Of a stretch of 64,000 nt of DNA, positions 1 to 12,305 are shown one piece after another (position 1 is the first letter of the stretch; each line of letters begins with the position of its first letter). The notes under the pieces are model-generated. The model was given only the letters and a program-made list of their open reading frames with translations, had not been told where the DNA came from and did no database searches. Source of the stretch: Felis catus (taxonomy: Eukaryota); NCBI RefSeq assembly GCF_018350175.1, contig NC_058368.1, positions 11,284,001-11,348,000 of the forward strand. The letters run 5' to 3'. The position numbers and the translations under genes are program-made.

Positions 1-469
1 TTCGTGCTCTTTGCGGCTATGTTAGTGAAGAAATAGATTTTCACTGACCCTCATTAAAGTCTTCTGTCGGAAATCATGCCCATTGAAAGATCAATTAGTT
101 ACACTTTTATTTTGTTTTCAAGTGACTACATTTTCCTTCTCGGTCTCTTCACTGGTCTCAATCTGTTTTCTTTTGGAGGTGAAATGCCTAATGTTCACCA
201 ATATTGGCTTCTTCTTGGTCTTATAAATTAAGTTTTTAACAAGCTGATTTCAGCTGTGCTTTCAAATAATATGACTCTAGATTTAAACCCAATCACTTTT
301 CTTTACTAGTTGCATCAACAGATGTTCAGCGTTTCATTTTTCCTTAAGGGTGTATGGTTTCTCACTGACTCTTGGCTTCAAATAGGGATTCTCTGCTATT
401 GGTTTTGTCTGTAAGAATTTAAGCTGTTTAAAGCTGTTTGTACTTGTGGCCAAAAGCTCCTAGTTCCCA

Positions 470-989
470 AAGCAACGGTTTATCACCCACCCCGTGTTAT
501 CTTTGCTCTTACGTTTCTTCAGTCACAGGAACACAACAGCACCGGTGGGTTAGATCTGTGGGTAACGCATGTGTTCGGTAGGCATGGACTGTTTATGACG
601 AGCCATGTGGGTCGGGCTCATGTTCCTGGAGTGCCCTGAGCGGCTTTACTAATCTGTCAGCATAGTATGTTCTCGTGGATAAATATAGACATACGCGCAC
701 TCTGTGAGTTGTAGGTCACTGTCGTACTGTGCAGCTAAAAATTGTCCCATTGGTATGAAGAGTCTGCCCTGGACGGAAGGCCTGTTTTAGTTTGTCTTCT
801 ACTGTAGGTCTTTAGCACCTGACTAAAAATACACCTTGGGCCAAAAATAAGAGAGCCCTACCTTGCCGCTGAGACACTTATGGTGCCAGCGAACAACAGG
901 ACCATGGAGTCCGTCATTATGTTTTTTTGCTTTGGAACATAGTCTGTGTAGCAGTTCCAGACTGTTCGTTTGGGTTCCTTTTCAGGCTC
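470..989 (+). promoter_or_regulatory. Putative alternative FRY promoter / 5'UTR
   Basis: Repeat-free, visibly more CpGs than the flanking intron, reverse CCAAT (ATTGG 749-753), MEF2-like CTAAAAATTG (735) and CTAAAAATAC (823); directly upstream of the candidate exon. Confidence 0.35.
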
Positions 990-1050
990 ATGGAGATTAC
1001 AACAGCTTGTTGGAGACGATCCTGTGTGATCAGCTTCATAAAAGGGCTTG
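990..1050 (+). CDS. FRY: Candidate alternative first coding exon of FRY (MEITTACWRRSCVISFIKGL + 1 nt)
   Basis: ATG with +4 G, 20 codons plus 1 nt, then donor TTG|gtaggt. Phase 1 matches exon 2 (G+CT=Ala). Lies in about 2 kb without recognisable repeats. Confidence 0.65.
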
Positions 1051-2839
1051 GTAGGTATGAAAGGCTGTTAGCATGTATGGCGTGGATCGTTGTTCAGTTA
1101 AGTGCTGAATGTAGGGAAGATTCTCCTAAAGGTTTCAATGGATGGGGCGGAGTTGGGGGGGGGGGCAGTTGCATCTGCATGTGGAGATTTACTTATGATG
1201 TCACTGTTCTGAGGCAGGAATAATGCTTTTTAAGTTTCTGTTTGGGATTGCAGCATTTCAGAGGTGATTTTTTTGTATATAAGTCTATGGAACAACAAGC
1301 TGTGACGTAATGGAATTTTTCTGTGCACCGAAGTTTCACTAAAAGATTTGGTACGATTATCTGTGCTGCAAAATTGCAATCTGAAAAATAGCTTAGTATT
1401 TGGAAGATAGTTAATACCACTGCATTTCATATTACAACAGAGGTAGGATTTAGGCTTGATTTCTTCTAAATATTAATGTTGCAAATACTCAGTTATTTTG
1501 TTTAAAGCATTGAAATAAACCTGAAGCAGTTTTTCCTTTGTTTTTGGCTTAGCCTTCTCCAACAAGAAAACAAATAAAATGTTTTCTTTTATTGTGTATG
1601 AATTAAAAACAGGATAGGATGGGTAAACCAACATTAAATGGGTCCAAATTGCATACCTGTGCTTTTCCTTTATCAGAGTAATAGCCTGGTTATATTAGTT
1701 CTAGCATAACCTTGTAAGAAATATTGTACAAGAGTTCAGAAAAATTAATGAGAGGAAATTCCATGACACAGGGTTCATTACATGCATCTTAGATATCGAC
1801 CGTTTAACTTTCGATTTAATGAAGGTAGGAAAAGGAAATTTGTAGATAGTAAGGACACAACATATTGCTCTAATAAAGGAGAAACATTTTGTTTATTAAT
1901 GATTTGGGAGATTTAATTACTTGTTAATTATTCTTTTGCACTATCTTTAGTGAAACTGTTAGATATTTACATATGATACAATTCGGTTTGTAGGAATAAA
2001 GTCTCTAATAGTCATTAATTTACTCCTTACTTTGTAGTTTATAAAAGCTGACTGTGTATTAGGGAACGTTTTTTTTCCCCCTCTCAAGAGATTTTTTTTT
2101 TTTTGATGTATAACAAGCATACAAGTTAAATGATAAAACTTACAGTTTCATATATTTGGAAAAATGCTATATCACAATAGGACTCATGTGAACTACTCAG
2201 TATTGTTTTTGTTTGATGTCTCTTGTAAATGTAACTGACTCTCACTGTGTTTCCACTGAATGGACCACTCCCATGATCTGGCAGCCATCTTAAGTCCTTT
2301 TTCACTCACTGCCTTTCTTACTCCCAATAAATAATATAACTTAACTTACACGAGGGATCGTTACCAACAAATATTTCTGCGAATTCACAGATTTAAGACC
2401 ATCTTAGATTATGAACTTCTGGTGGGCACATATCAAGAGAATTTTACGTAGTCATTGTACATGTCCGTAGCTATTTAAGAATCTAATGAAACCTAGAATC
2501 TTTTTTTTTATTTAATGAGCCGGCATCTCAATAAATAAGTGCACATGAAGCAGGAATTTAATAAATGTTTTGCTGTTGACAAAATAAAAAACTAGACTAC
2601 AAAGAATTTCACCTATTCAGTTAATTTTTTAACAATTGCTGACTGAGCTTCTACTGTGTATCCCGCCCTGGGTGTTCTTCCTTCACTGTAGATGTCAGAA
2701 ATGTGTCTTGTGTTAATCATATGTATTATGTAATGCGTATACATGACCTCTATATCATACATATGTATATGCATATTATTGTATACCTATGCATATGTAT
2801 ATATTTTACAATAGATTGCATATTAAAACGTATATTGTA

Positions 2840-3125
2840 CCTAGTGCCTTTTTGACCAGGACCCACAGAAAAACAAACAAACAAACACATTTTCTATTAT
2901 GACTCAGAACACACACACACCATACATATCTGTAGACGCAGACAGAGACTGAAAACACAAGTTTTGTGAAATAGTGCTTACTTAACCTCACTCTGCAGGG
3001 TGCCATCACCCGCTGTTTTCTCTTGTAGAGTTTTCTATTCTATTTCATTGAAATCATCCTGGTTAGCACCCAGTAAATAGGTTTCATGATCGAGTAGTGG
3101 GTCACAACCTGTACTTTGATGACCC
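2840..3125. mobile_element. Ancient DNA-transposon MITE remnant (hAT-Charlie-like, family unresolved)
   Basis: gacccacag...aagttttgtgaaatagtgcttac...ttttctattctatttc...gtgggtcacaacc; a related copy lies in reverse orientation near 23270-23440. Confidence 0.5.
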
Positions 3126-3359
3126 TCTCTAAAGATTCCATAAGCCAGGCATTCTCAGTACACCAATAGTCAAGTTCTCTACGGAAATGACAGGCTGTCA
3201 TCCGTGATACTATATTCTACTCCTGGGCAGATTGGTGCTTTATTTGTCAGCATCTTGCTTGGTTGCAGAAATAGCTCTTTCAATAGACTTAATGTGAGTC
3301 TCGGGTTGAATGTTGGGTTTCTAAGCTGGGTATTCAGGACCTTGTATATCTTAATGCTT

Positions 3360-3620
3360 TCTTACTCCTTAATGCAACAAATATTTATTGAGTACTGGGT
3401 ATTGAGCTAGGAGGTGAGGTTACAAAAGGAATAGAACAAATACCTTGCCCTTGTTGCACTTAAGTGGAGTAGGGGAGACAGGTAGAAAACAAGTGTATAA
3501 TGTGTCATCATATATCATCAGGAGGTCAGTGCCCTGCAGGAGAGCAGAGCTGGGTAAAGGGCTAGAGGGAGGTACCATCAAGTGGCTGGCCAGAACAGTC
3601 TCTAATAAAACCAGAAGGAA
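3360..3620 (-). mobile_element. L2 3' end remnant
   Basis: caacaaatatttattgagtact...ccttgccctt...gtaggggagacag, typical of an antisense L2 tail. Confidence 0.6.
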
Positions 3621-4589
3621 GTGAGACACCATCAAGTGCCCTTTTCCCCCACCTACGTGAATTCCTACAATCCCATTGCCCCCATTCTCTTCAGCCTCGA
3701 TGCCTTCTTTGACTGTATCTATCATCAGTTATTTCTAGGCCTCATCTTTAAGGCCACCATCCCAGAGAGTCCCGCCCCGACCCCACAGTCAAGGATACGT
3801 CTCCCCTGCTCCTCTCTTACAACAACCTTCGCAGCACTTCCCATTTTTGTAATTATATTTCTGGACATAATACCTGTCTTCCCTGCATATTACCAGCTCC
3901 CCCCAGCAGCTGACCGAGTGCTCGGAGCCTCCAGTAAATACTTGATGACTGATTAAATGAACCAGTGAAATAAATAAGTTAACGAATGTTCTCCTACCTT
4001 TATGTGCTCATCGGTTGGCTTTTCAACCTGACACTGCCTCATGGCATTGTGCTGCATAGTTGAAAGCACTGCATTCTTCGAATCTCTCAGGTGGTCTTTT
4101 TAAATTTATCTTTGAATTCTGCACCACCCCACAGAATTTTGCAGTGTAACTTATGCATATCAAGGATCAGCAGAACTTTGTCATTTAGTGAATTGATTAA
4201 CTGATCTCACTCAGACACTTTTGAGACCCAAATATTTCTGAAAAGGCTCAAACTATATTATTGTAACATAGGTATGATAAAGGATGCCTGTGTAAATGGC
4301 ATCCTGCCTGCATTCGTCCTGGCCACGTATTGTAAGTGTAAACACCCATGAGACCCACACCACCCATCCCACACATTTAGTTAATGTGGAAGGATGTTGT
4401 TGGGCCTGAAATCTGAGTGAACATTAAAACCTATGTGATCGAACCTGGAATAAATGTGTTGTTTGATTTTTCAATGTATTTTTTAATTGAGTTTAGTTCA
4501 ATGAAATAATGAAGGAATGCTATTATCCCTTCATTATTGCCATTATAAGATATAGGGAACTTTTTACAAATGAGGCTTATCTTTTAAAA

Positions 4590-5120
4590 AAAAGTTTTAT
4601 TATGAAATTTTTCAAACAAACACAAAAGGGGAAAGAATAGTATGATGTATAACATATTGCCATCACATTCAATAGTTAACAAGGTTTTGTCAGATTTGCC
4701 TCAGTTATACCTCCTTTCTCTTTGTTAAAGCATTTCAAATCAAATATAGGTATCATTTCCATGAATGCCATACAGTCAATGTACATTCTAGAAAATATGG
4801 GTACGTTCTTACCTATCCACAGTGCTAACTTCATACGTACCCAAACTGACCGCCATTCTTTGATGTAACCTAATCTCTAGTCCACATTCAAGTTGCTTTG
4901 ATTGTCATTTTCAAAAATGTCTTTTAACAGTTGGTTTGCTTTCATCAAGATTCAGACAAGGTCCACACATTACATTTGGTTGTTCTGTCTCCTAAGTCTT
5001 TAATCATCCTACCCATTTTTATCTCCTCCATTGACTTGTAGAAATTAGTGCAGTTTTCTTGTAAAATGTACCTACCTTTGAATTATTGCTTTGCTTCCTT
5101 AGGGTGACATTTAACTCGTT
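4590..5120 (-). mobile_element. Old L1 (L1MC-like) 3' fragment
   Basis: ttttattatgaaatttttcaaac...caagattcagacaaggtccacacattacatttggttg motifs. Confidence 0.6.
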
Positions 5121-6539
5121 CCTATAGCCCCATGGTGTTTTGTTTTTTGTTTTGTTTTGTTTTGGTGGTTTTGTTTTGTTTTGTTTTTTTTTTGGTAAAT
5201 GGACATTAGCTACAATGTTTTGAAAACTTGATGAACATGGACATAGGGAAAGTTACAGCTCCCTGTCTGCCACACTGCCAAAATCATTTCTGTTGCAGTG
5301 GTAGGAGCCTGAGAGCCCCTCTGTCATTCAGGAGTACACAGCCAACACCATTTTCAGTGGTTGAGTGTCATAACTCTAGCCAATATCTTGCCACTGGTAG
5401 GGAATTTTGAAAAGGCTTCTAGAGTTGATACTCTAAAAATGCTTCTTAAACACTTTAATTATTGTAACGTCACATCAGGAAACCTACAGTGGGTGCATGT
5501 TTTCTTTACTGGGGAATAGTGATAGGACTGGATTTCAGGTTCACTTGTGTAAGATGCACTGTCTTCTATCCTGTTTCAGATTCCATCTTTGTTCTTTTTC
5601 CCATAGTAGCTGCAATGGTCTTTAATTTGTGTTGTCCCTCAAATGGCCCTTCTTGAGCCCACCCTACACAGTAACATCAGCTCAGCATTCTTCCCAGAAA
5701 TCTGCTAACTCCCAGTTGTCCTCCAAATATAGTCTAAACTCACATTGGCTTGCCCTTCAAAACCTTAATTCTAATAATAAGAACTAAACACCTCTATTTT
5801 TTTATAGGACTTGAGAGTTTAAGTTTTTCATATATATGTAGTTGCTCCATTATTTCATTCACACGAAGACTGTATTATGGAATCAGCTGGGTTCCATTCA
5901 ACAAAGATTAAGCAAGCACAGTTGTTTAATTAGGTATGCCAGATACTGTGCTAAATACGTGGAATAAAGACAAGATGTAGTCTTGTTCTTGAGGACTTTA
6001 CAGTCCCTTTGTGAAGAGAAAGTTTGAACATGTGTGCTAAGATAGGGATGTGTGGTAGGAGGGTGAGAGGAGGGAGGAACGAGGAGAGATTCTTAGCAGA
6101 CGCGTGCACCTGCCATGCTATTCCCTGTGCCTGGGTTGCCCCTTTCTCATCTCTACCTATCAGAGTCCTTCAAGACCTGAGTCGAGTGCCATCTATTCCA
6201 TAATGTCTGGCTAATTGATGGCCTGGAAAAGAGATAATGCCTAGTTAGTATAGAGTTTTGTGAAAGACTCTCAGTACATAATTCTTTTTTAATGTTAACA
6301 CAAGTCTTGGGTTTACAACTAGGAATAAAGACAGGCTTCCTTGTGTGTCCACCCATAATAGAGGAAGTTGCTAGTGGTCAGGACTAGTCTCACTTGCTAG
6401 TCTCAGGAAAGGGAGTGGAGCCAGAGAATAAGGGGAAAGGCTAGGATCATTCGTAAAGCTTTCCCACATAGAGAGGATAGATGATAGAATCTCACTAATT
6501 CATAGTAATTCAAGGGAAAGCAAATGTTAATCTTTAAAA

Positions 6540-7020
6540 AAAATTTTGAGTATAGCTGACATACAATGTTACATCAGTTGCAGGTGTACAAGAGTGATTC
6601 AACAAGCTTATATGTTATGCTCACCACAAATGTAGCTCCCATCTGTCACCATACAAGCGATTACAGTACCATTGACTATATTCCCTATACTGTGCCTTTC
6701 ATCTCTGTGATGTATTCACTCCATAACCAGAAGACTGTACCTCCTGCTCCCCTTTACCCATTCTGACCATCCCTGTACCCTTCTGTCAACCATCAGTTTG
6801 TTCTCTGTGTTAATAGGTTTGATTCTGCTTGTTTTTTTTAGATTCCACATGTGAGTGAAATCCTATGGTGTTTGTCTTTCTCAGTCTGACTTATTTCACT
6901 TAACATCATACCCTCCAGGTGCATCCATGTTGTCACAAATGCCACGAAACATGCACCGTAGGTATATGTAAACATACATCCATACCACATCTTCCTTATC
7001 CATTCATCTGTTGATGGGTA
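6540..7020 (-). mobile_element. L1 3'UTR fragment
   Basis: gagtatagctgacatacaatg...gattccacatgtgagtgaaatc...gacttatttcacttaacat...cattcatctgttgatgg. Confidence 0.8.
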
Positions 7021-7384
7021 AGTGTTAATTCTTTGAACTGTGCAAGTATTGAATAAGTGATGTTTTATTAATTTTGACTATATATTTTATATAGTCATAG
7101 AATGAATACTGGTGCTGGAAAGGACAACCTGGCCTGGATTCTTTAAAAATGACAGATAAGGAAACTGAAGCCCAGTTGGTACAAGTTCATCCCCCAAGTT
7201 CATATGGAGCCATACTAGGACCTTTGACTCCCCATTTGGTGTTCTTCCTATGTTTTGCCTCCAGAGCATTAACTTAGTTAAAGTTAATGAAGCATATCTA
7301 TAGGCAAATGGAATGAAAAACAATGTTATTAACTGGATTAATTGGTCCTCTTTGTTTTCCCATTTATTTATATCAGAGACATCA

Positions 7385-7560
7385 AACTATACTCCTGGGC
7401 CAACAGCATTGGCATAATCCGGTTATGCCTAGTTAGGATTAGTTAGAACTGGTTATCACTGGTTAGAAATGCAGCTTATTGAGCCCCATCCCAGACCTGC
7501 TGAATCAGGTGGGGTGCAGCCTTCCAGGCAAATCTGACATGCCGAGATTCTGATCACCAC
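7385..7560. mobile_element. MER5-like hAT MITE
   Basis: gttagaaatgcag...ccccatcccagacctgctgaatcag. Confidence 0.6.
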
Positions 7561-8747
7561 CGATTCACATTGTAAATCAGCATAGCCTTTTGAAAGTTGC
7601 CATTAAAAACAAAATACAAAGCCTTGTCCAGTTTATCCCAAAGTTTGACCTAATGCATGGCAAATTAATGAGATTTGTGCTGCACAAAATAAGCCAGAAG
7701 AGGAAGAAAATGGAGAAGAAAAGAAAAGGAGAGAAGGAAGAGAGGCTAGTCAGTGGAGGGCACATGAATGAGAGCAGTTTGTCTGTTTTGCTGAGAAGAA
7801 GGAAGTTGAAATTCAGGATTATCCTGCCTCTAGAAGGTTATTCGATCTCCTTTTGGTGAGAAAGGACCTTGAAATGTCAATGTAACCTCATCTTCCTTTG
7901 CTCACAGATCTTGGCAGACATTTGTTCAGGCTCTGATGACAGTACCTACTTTGAAAATTGGGGAAGGTCCATGTAATTGCATCTTAGCAGATGACAGACA
8001 TTTAGAAAGGCAATCATTGAAGTGTTACTGTCATTTCTGTAAGATAAAATACTGTAAGTCAAAGGAAGAGAGAAAAGAAAACAGGGCAGTGACTTGATGC
8101 CTACTTTCTCTTTATTGAACTCCTTCACTCTCTCCCGGGTATCCAGTCTCAAAGACAAAAATGGTGTGGAGAGGTTGCAGACTGAACAGAAGTTCCCTTG
8201 CTCCTTGTTAGAATAACAACCAGTTAAAGTTGATATCATCAGTATATCTAGGAAGGAATGGTCTCTAGATCTTTCTAATGTATGTCAGCAATCAGATTTC
8301 GTATATTTTATGGGTCTTCAATTCTTGGCTCTGTTTTATACTCTTAGCCTTCCCAAAGCCCTTATACTAGCTAAAAGATGCATTCGAGTTTAAGGGGACA
8401 GAGAACTTGGCAGGATGGACCTCTGTGGCTGGCACATTCTCCAAATCACAACATCTGTATTTTATTTCTTCATCCCCTGAAGTCCCCAAACTGGCTCATA
8501 CCAGGGCCAAACTGTGGGTAAGGGAACTTATTTTATTCAGTCTTCCTCATAAACAACTGGTTTGTTTTTAAATTCAGGATCATACAAGAAGCTCAGAAGA
8601 TATACATGGGATCGGATCCTGGGTCAACCACTCTGTGACCTTAGGCAAGACACTTAACCTCTCTTCACCTACATGGTCTTATCTGTAAAAGTGAGAGGGG
8701 TTGGCCTTCCAAGATTATTTTTGAGTATTAAAGACATTATTTATCAT

Positions 8748-8957
8748 GGGGCACCTGGGTGGCTCAGTCGGTTGAGCATCCGACTTCGTCTCGGGTCATG
8801 ATCTCACGGTTTGTGGGTTTGAGCCCCGTGTCAGGCTCTGTGCTGAACTCTTGCTCAGAGCCTGGAGTCTGCTTCGGATTCTGTGTCTCCTTCTCTCTCT
8901 GCCCCTCCCCCTGCTCACGCTCTGTCTCACTCTGTCTCTCAAAAATAAATAAATGTA
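8748..8957 (+). mobile_element. CAN-SINE (SINEC_Fc family), host of a nested SINE
   Basis: ggggcacctgggtggctcagtcgg head, (CT)-rich body, aaaaataaataaa tail. Confidence 0.95.
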
Positions 8958-9191
8958 GGGGCGCCTGGGTGGCTCGGTCGGTTAAGCATCCGACTTCAGC
9001 TCAGGTCATGATCTCACGGTCCGTGAGTTCGAGCCCCGCGTTGGGCTCTGTGCTGACGGCTCAGAGCCTGGAGCCTGTTTCCGATTCTGTGTCTCCTTCT
9101 CTCTCTGCCCCTCCCCTGTTCATGCTCTGTCTCTCTCTGTCTCAAAAATAAAAATAAAACGTTAAAAAAAATTTTTTTTAAATAAATAAAT
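8958..9191 (+). mobile_element. CAN-SINE inserted in the A-tail of the preceding SINE
   Basis: Full head to tail; TSD aaataaataaatgta at 8943-8957 and 9192-9206. Confidence 0.95.
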
Positions 9192-10719
9192 AAATAAATA
9201 AATGTAAAAACAAAATTTATATATATAAAAAAAAGAGACAGTAACTATCTTAGAGCCATCTTGTGGACCCTGAAACTCGAAGGCACACAATTTGAGGACT
9301 AGAGAATGGAGAGAGTGAAGTAGCCTGAGAAAGGAAGAATGCATTTCATCAATGAAAACACAAGGAACATTTCACATTACCAGAATTTTACAGAAATTAG
9401 TTAAGAGGGACTTACCATGCCATTGAATATATTTTTCTTCCAAGGCAAAAAGCATTTCTGAGTATTTTTGCCTTGTACTCTCTTCTTGACCAGTTTTGAA
9501 ACATATAAAATTAAGAGTTATCCATCTCTTTGTTAAGAAATGTTTTTCTGTTGCTCAAACTAATTGTTTCTTTAAATCTCAACATTTTCCGTTTCTTAAG
9601 AATACCCTTCAGAGGAAAATAATTCTTCCTATCACATTTGCAGGATTTTTTCTTCTTTTTATCCTAATGTATTTTGCATGACTTTTAAAGTTTCTGGTCA
9701 CTTTGAGTATTTGCAGTACCTTTTAAAATACCATTTCTTAAGCACCCTTATAAATGCATTAGTGGACAATTTATTATAGTTCTATACACAGTGTGACATG
9801 TTCTCACAGTAGCTGCGTCATTCTGGGTTTGTTATGTTTTATGAAATGTTCCTGTAATGCCAGTAAACAGAAAAAGTCTTACAGGAAAAGAGGGATTGGG
9901 GCGGGGGGGGGGGGGAACATCAAGTCTTCAAGAAGGATCCCAGCACTTGGGTACTGACAGGATTTGCCCTTAGAACCCACAAAACGAATGAGGTGCTGAG
10001 AACTGGCAGAAAGAATAACATATATCCAACTGTGAACAAAGAAATCTAATCAATCTACTCCTGTGTTAAAAGATAGGTTACAGTGATCTGTAGGAAATAG
10101 AGTTGTTTTAACAGACCTCCATTTCTAAGAGGAGTAGCGACTTTGAACAGTGACCGCCATATAATCTCAGGGGCACTTCAAAAGAAAAGGAAACCATTTC
10201 TTCTTTATTTCAAACGCTCAGAGTCTGATTCCCATTCTGGGAACATCAGAGCAAGCACTGAATATTGTCAACAACTAACTCTGCGCTTGTCTGTCTTTAT
10301 AAGTGGGGAAAAAAGCCGGCAAGGATGGGCCTCTTTCCTGAGTTATATACTTTGTGAGGGGAGGTGAAAAGGCTGCGTGTCCGATGGGCATTTTGATTCA
10401 TGCTCTTCACAGCCTGGTTAAAATTCTCATTCCCAACCAGAACAGATGCAAAAATGGGCAGGTCAAAGGGATGGGTCAGAGAAGCAGATCCTGCCCAACC
10501 CAAGTGTGTTTGGATTTCCTTAGACGCCAAGAATGCACATGGCTCTCGTTCTCCACGGCAGTTCCAAACCCAACATTTGAACATTCCTCTATTCCCTCAC
10601 TGTGCTTAATTTCCCTTCATTTTTGAACGTACTGCGATCTGACTTGCAGTTTGACTTGCGGTGTATATGTGCGTGTGTGTGTACAAAACATTGCGGATTG
10701 TATGGTCCTGCTTCAGCAA

Positions 10720-10850
10720 ACCGTAAACTCTGTGAGAGGGGGAACTATGTGTTGACTGCTACCTTCCCAGGGCCTAGAACAGTGCTGGAAACCCAGGTAC
10801 TCGTTAAAGAAATATTGGTCGAAATGAATGAGTGAACGAATGAATGACAG
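10720..10850 (+). mobile_element. L2 3' end
   Basis: cctagaacagtgctgg...caggtactc...aaatatt...gaatgagtgaacgaatgaatg. Confidence 0.7.
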
Positions 10851-12067
10851 CCTTAACAAGTGAGGGGATCAACTTCTCTGAAAATCTGACTGAGGAAACC
10901 AGTTGTTGTCCTGTAACCTGTGGGGCCACTTACAGCCTCTGGGACATTCATGTGAGGAAACTCATTATAACATTAACTTTCCTTTCAGTGACATAATAAA
11001 AACGTAGCCAAACTATGAGTTGTGGGGTATTTGTATTGGTGTCGCAGTTTGGAAGTTAATAATTCCTGGAAATGTTGGCAACTCAGGGAAAGTTTACTGA
11101 AGACCTTAGCCAGCTAAGAGCGGCCAGCCTAAAAATCATGTTATTAGTCAATGACACTGGGGAAAAAAATAGTCACGTTCAGGAGATCATCGTTTGCAGT
11201 TAGAAATAGATCTAATAAAGAGCTAATGAATGGGCCACAAAAGCCTCAAACAGATTTCTTCCAGACTAAGGAATGGGCCCTGCTTACTAGAAGAAATAGA
11301 GACTCAGGGAACAGGGGGAAGGAGCTCCTGAAGCCATCCTGCAAACCCAAATAGAAACCGAATTTGGGCTAAAATAATAGCATCGGCAAAACCCGTTTAA
11401 GATACAAGAAGGCAATGGAGAAAAATTAGAACGTGTCAAATCCAAGAGGAAAATGTCAATGAGAAAATCTAAACAGAAAGCAAATTCCCAAAAGTTTCAG
11501 TAAGGAAGGTCCTGGTTAATAACTGAACGTGATGCCCTTGTGGCCCGCGCCTCCGTTCCCCGCCCACGGGAACCCAGGTCGGAGTGACTTTCTAGGGACG
11601 TTGAGCTGATGTGTGCAAATAGGGAGAGGAGCTGAAGAAGAGAAGGAGAGATGGTTAAAGCAGATGGAGAGGAAGCTCAAAAAGTTATCACATGCAGGAA
11701 AATTTAAATGAGAGAAAGCGTTTAATCTAGCAAATTAAATCGTTCCTTCAACATGTCTTTTTAGGTGGGGAAGATAACAGTGACCTGTCAGGACCCTTTC
11801 ATCATCAGGGATCCCTATTTCCAGAGGCCCCACCATGGAGGCAGCTGGATGGCACGGTCTCCGCGAAGGTGGGAGGGAATCCTGACCTCCGGCGACTTGC
11901 TTGCCTGGCTGGACAGAAAGTAGTGGCAACACCGTGGTGGGAAGAGTCGATTCAGACAGTAATGCCTGCTTCGGCAGAGCCAGAAAGGGGCCAAAGTGTG
12001 ACTATTACTGCATTGGTGGTTTGTCTGTTGCAATAAAAAATAAGTTCCAGTTAAAAATTAGACTTAT

Positions 12068-12191
12068 GGGGGCACCTGGGTGGGTCAGTCAGTTGAGCGA
12101 CCTATTCTTGGTTTTGGCTCAGGTCCTGATCTCATGGTTATGAGATCAGGGCTCCGAGTAGGGCTTACTCTGGGCATGGATCCTGCTTAAG

Positions 12192-12243
<52 letters not shown>

Positions 12244-12305
12244 CCCCCCCTCTCCCTCTCTCTGTCTCTGTCTCTCTCTCTCTCTCTTTTTCTCAAAAAA
12301 AAAAA
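12068..12305 (+). mobile_element. CAN-SINE with expanded (CT)n
   Basis: SINE head, (CT)n about 12194-12240, degenerate TSD aaaaat(t/c)agac(t/c)tatg. Confidence 0.93.

Noticed and set aside
1051..1060. Tandem donor gtag|gtatga, 4 nt downstream of the candidate exon
   Set aside because: It would be out of phase with exon 2, so it was not used for the exon call.
8748..8830. tRNA-like A/B boxes (tggctcagtcgg...gtt(c/t)gagccc)
   Set aside because: tRNA-derived heads of CAN-SINEs, continuing into (CT)n and poly-A; not tRNA genes.
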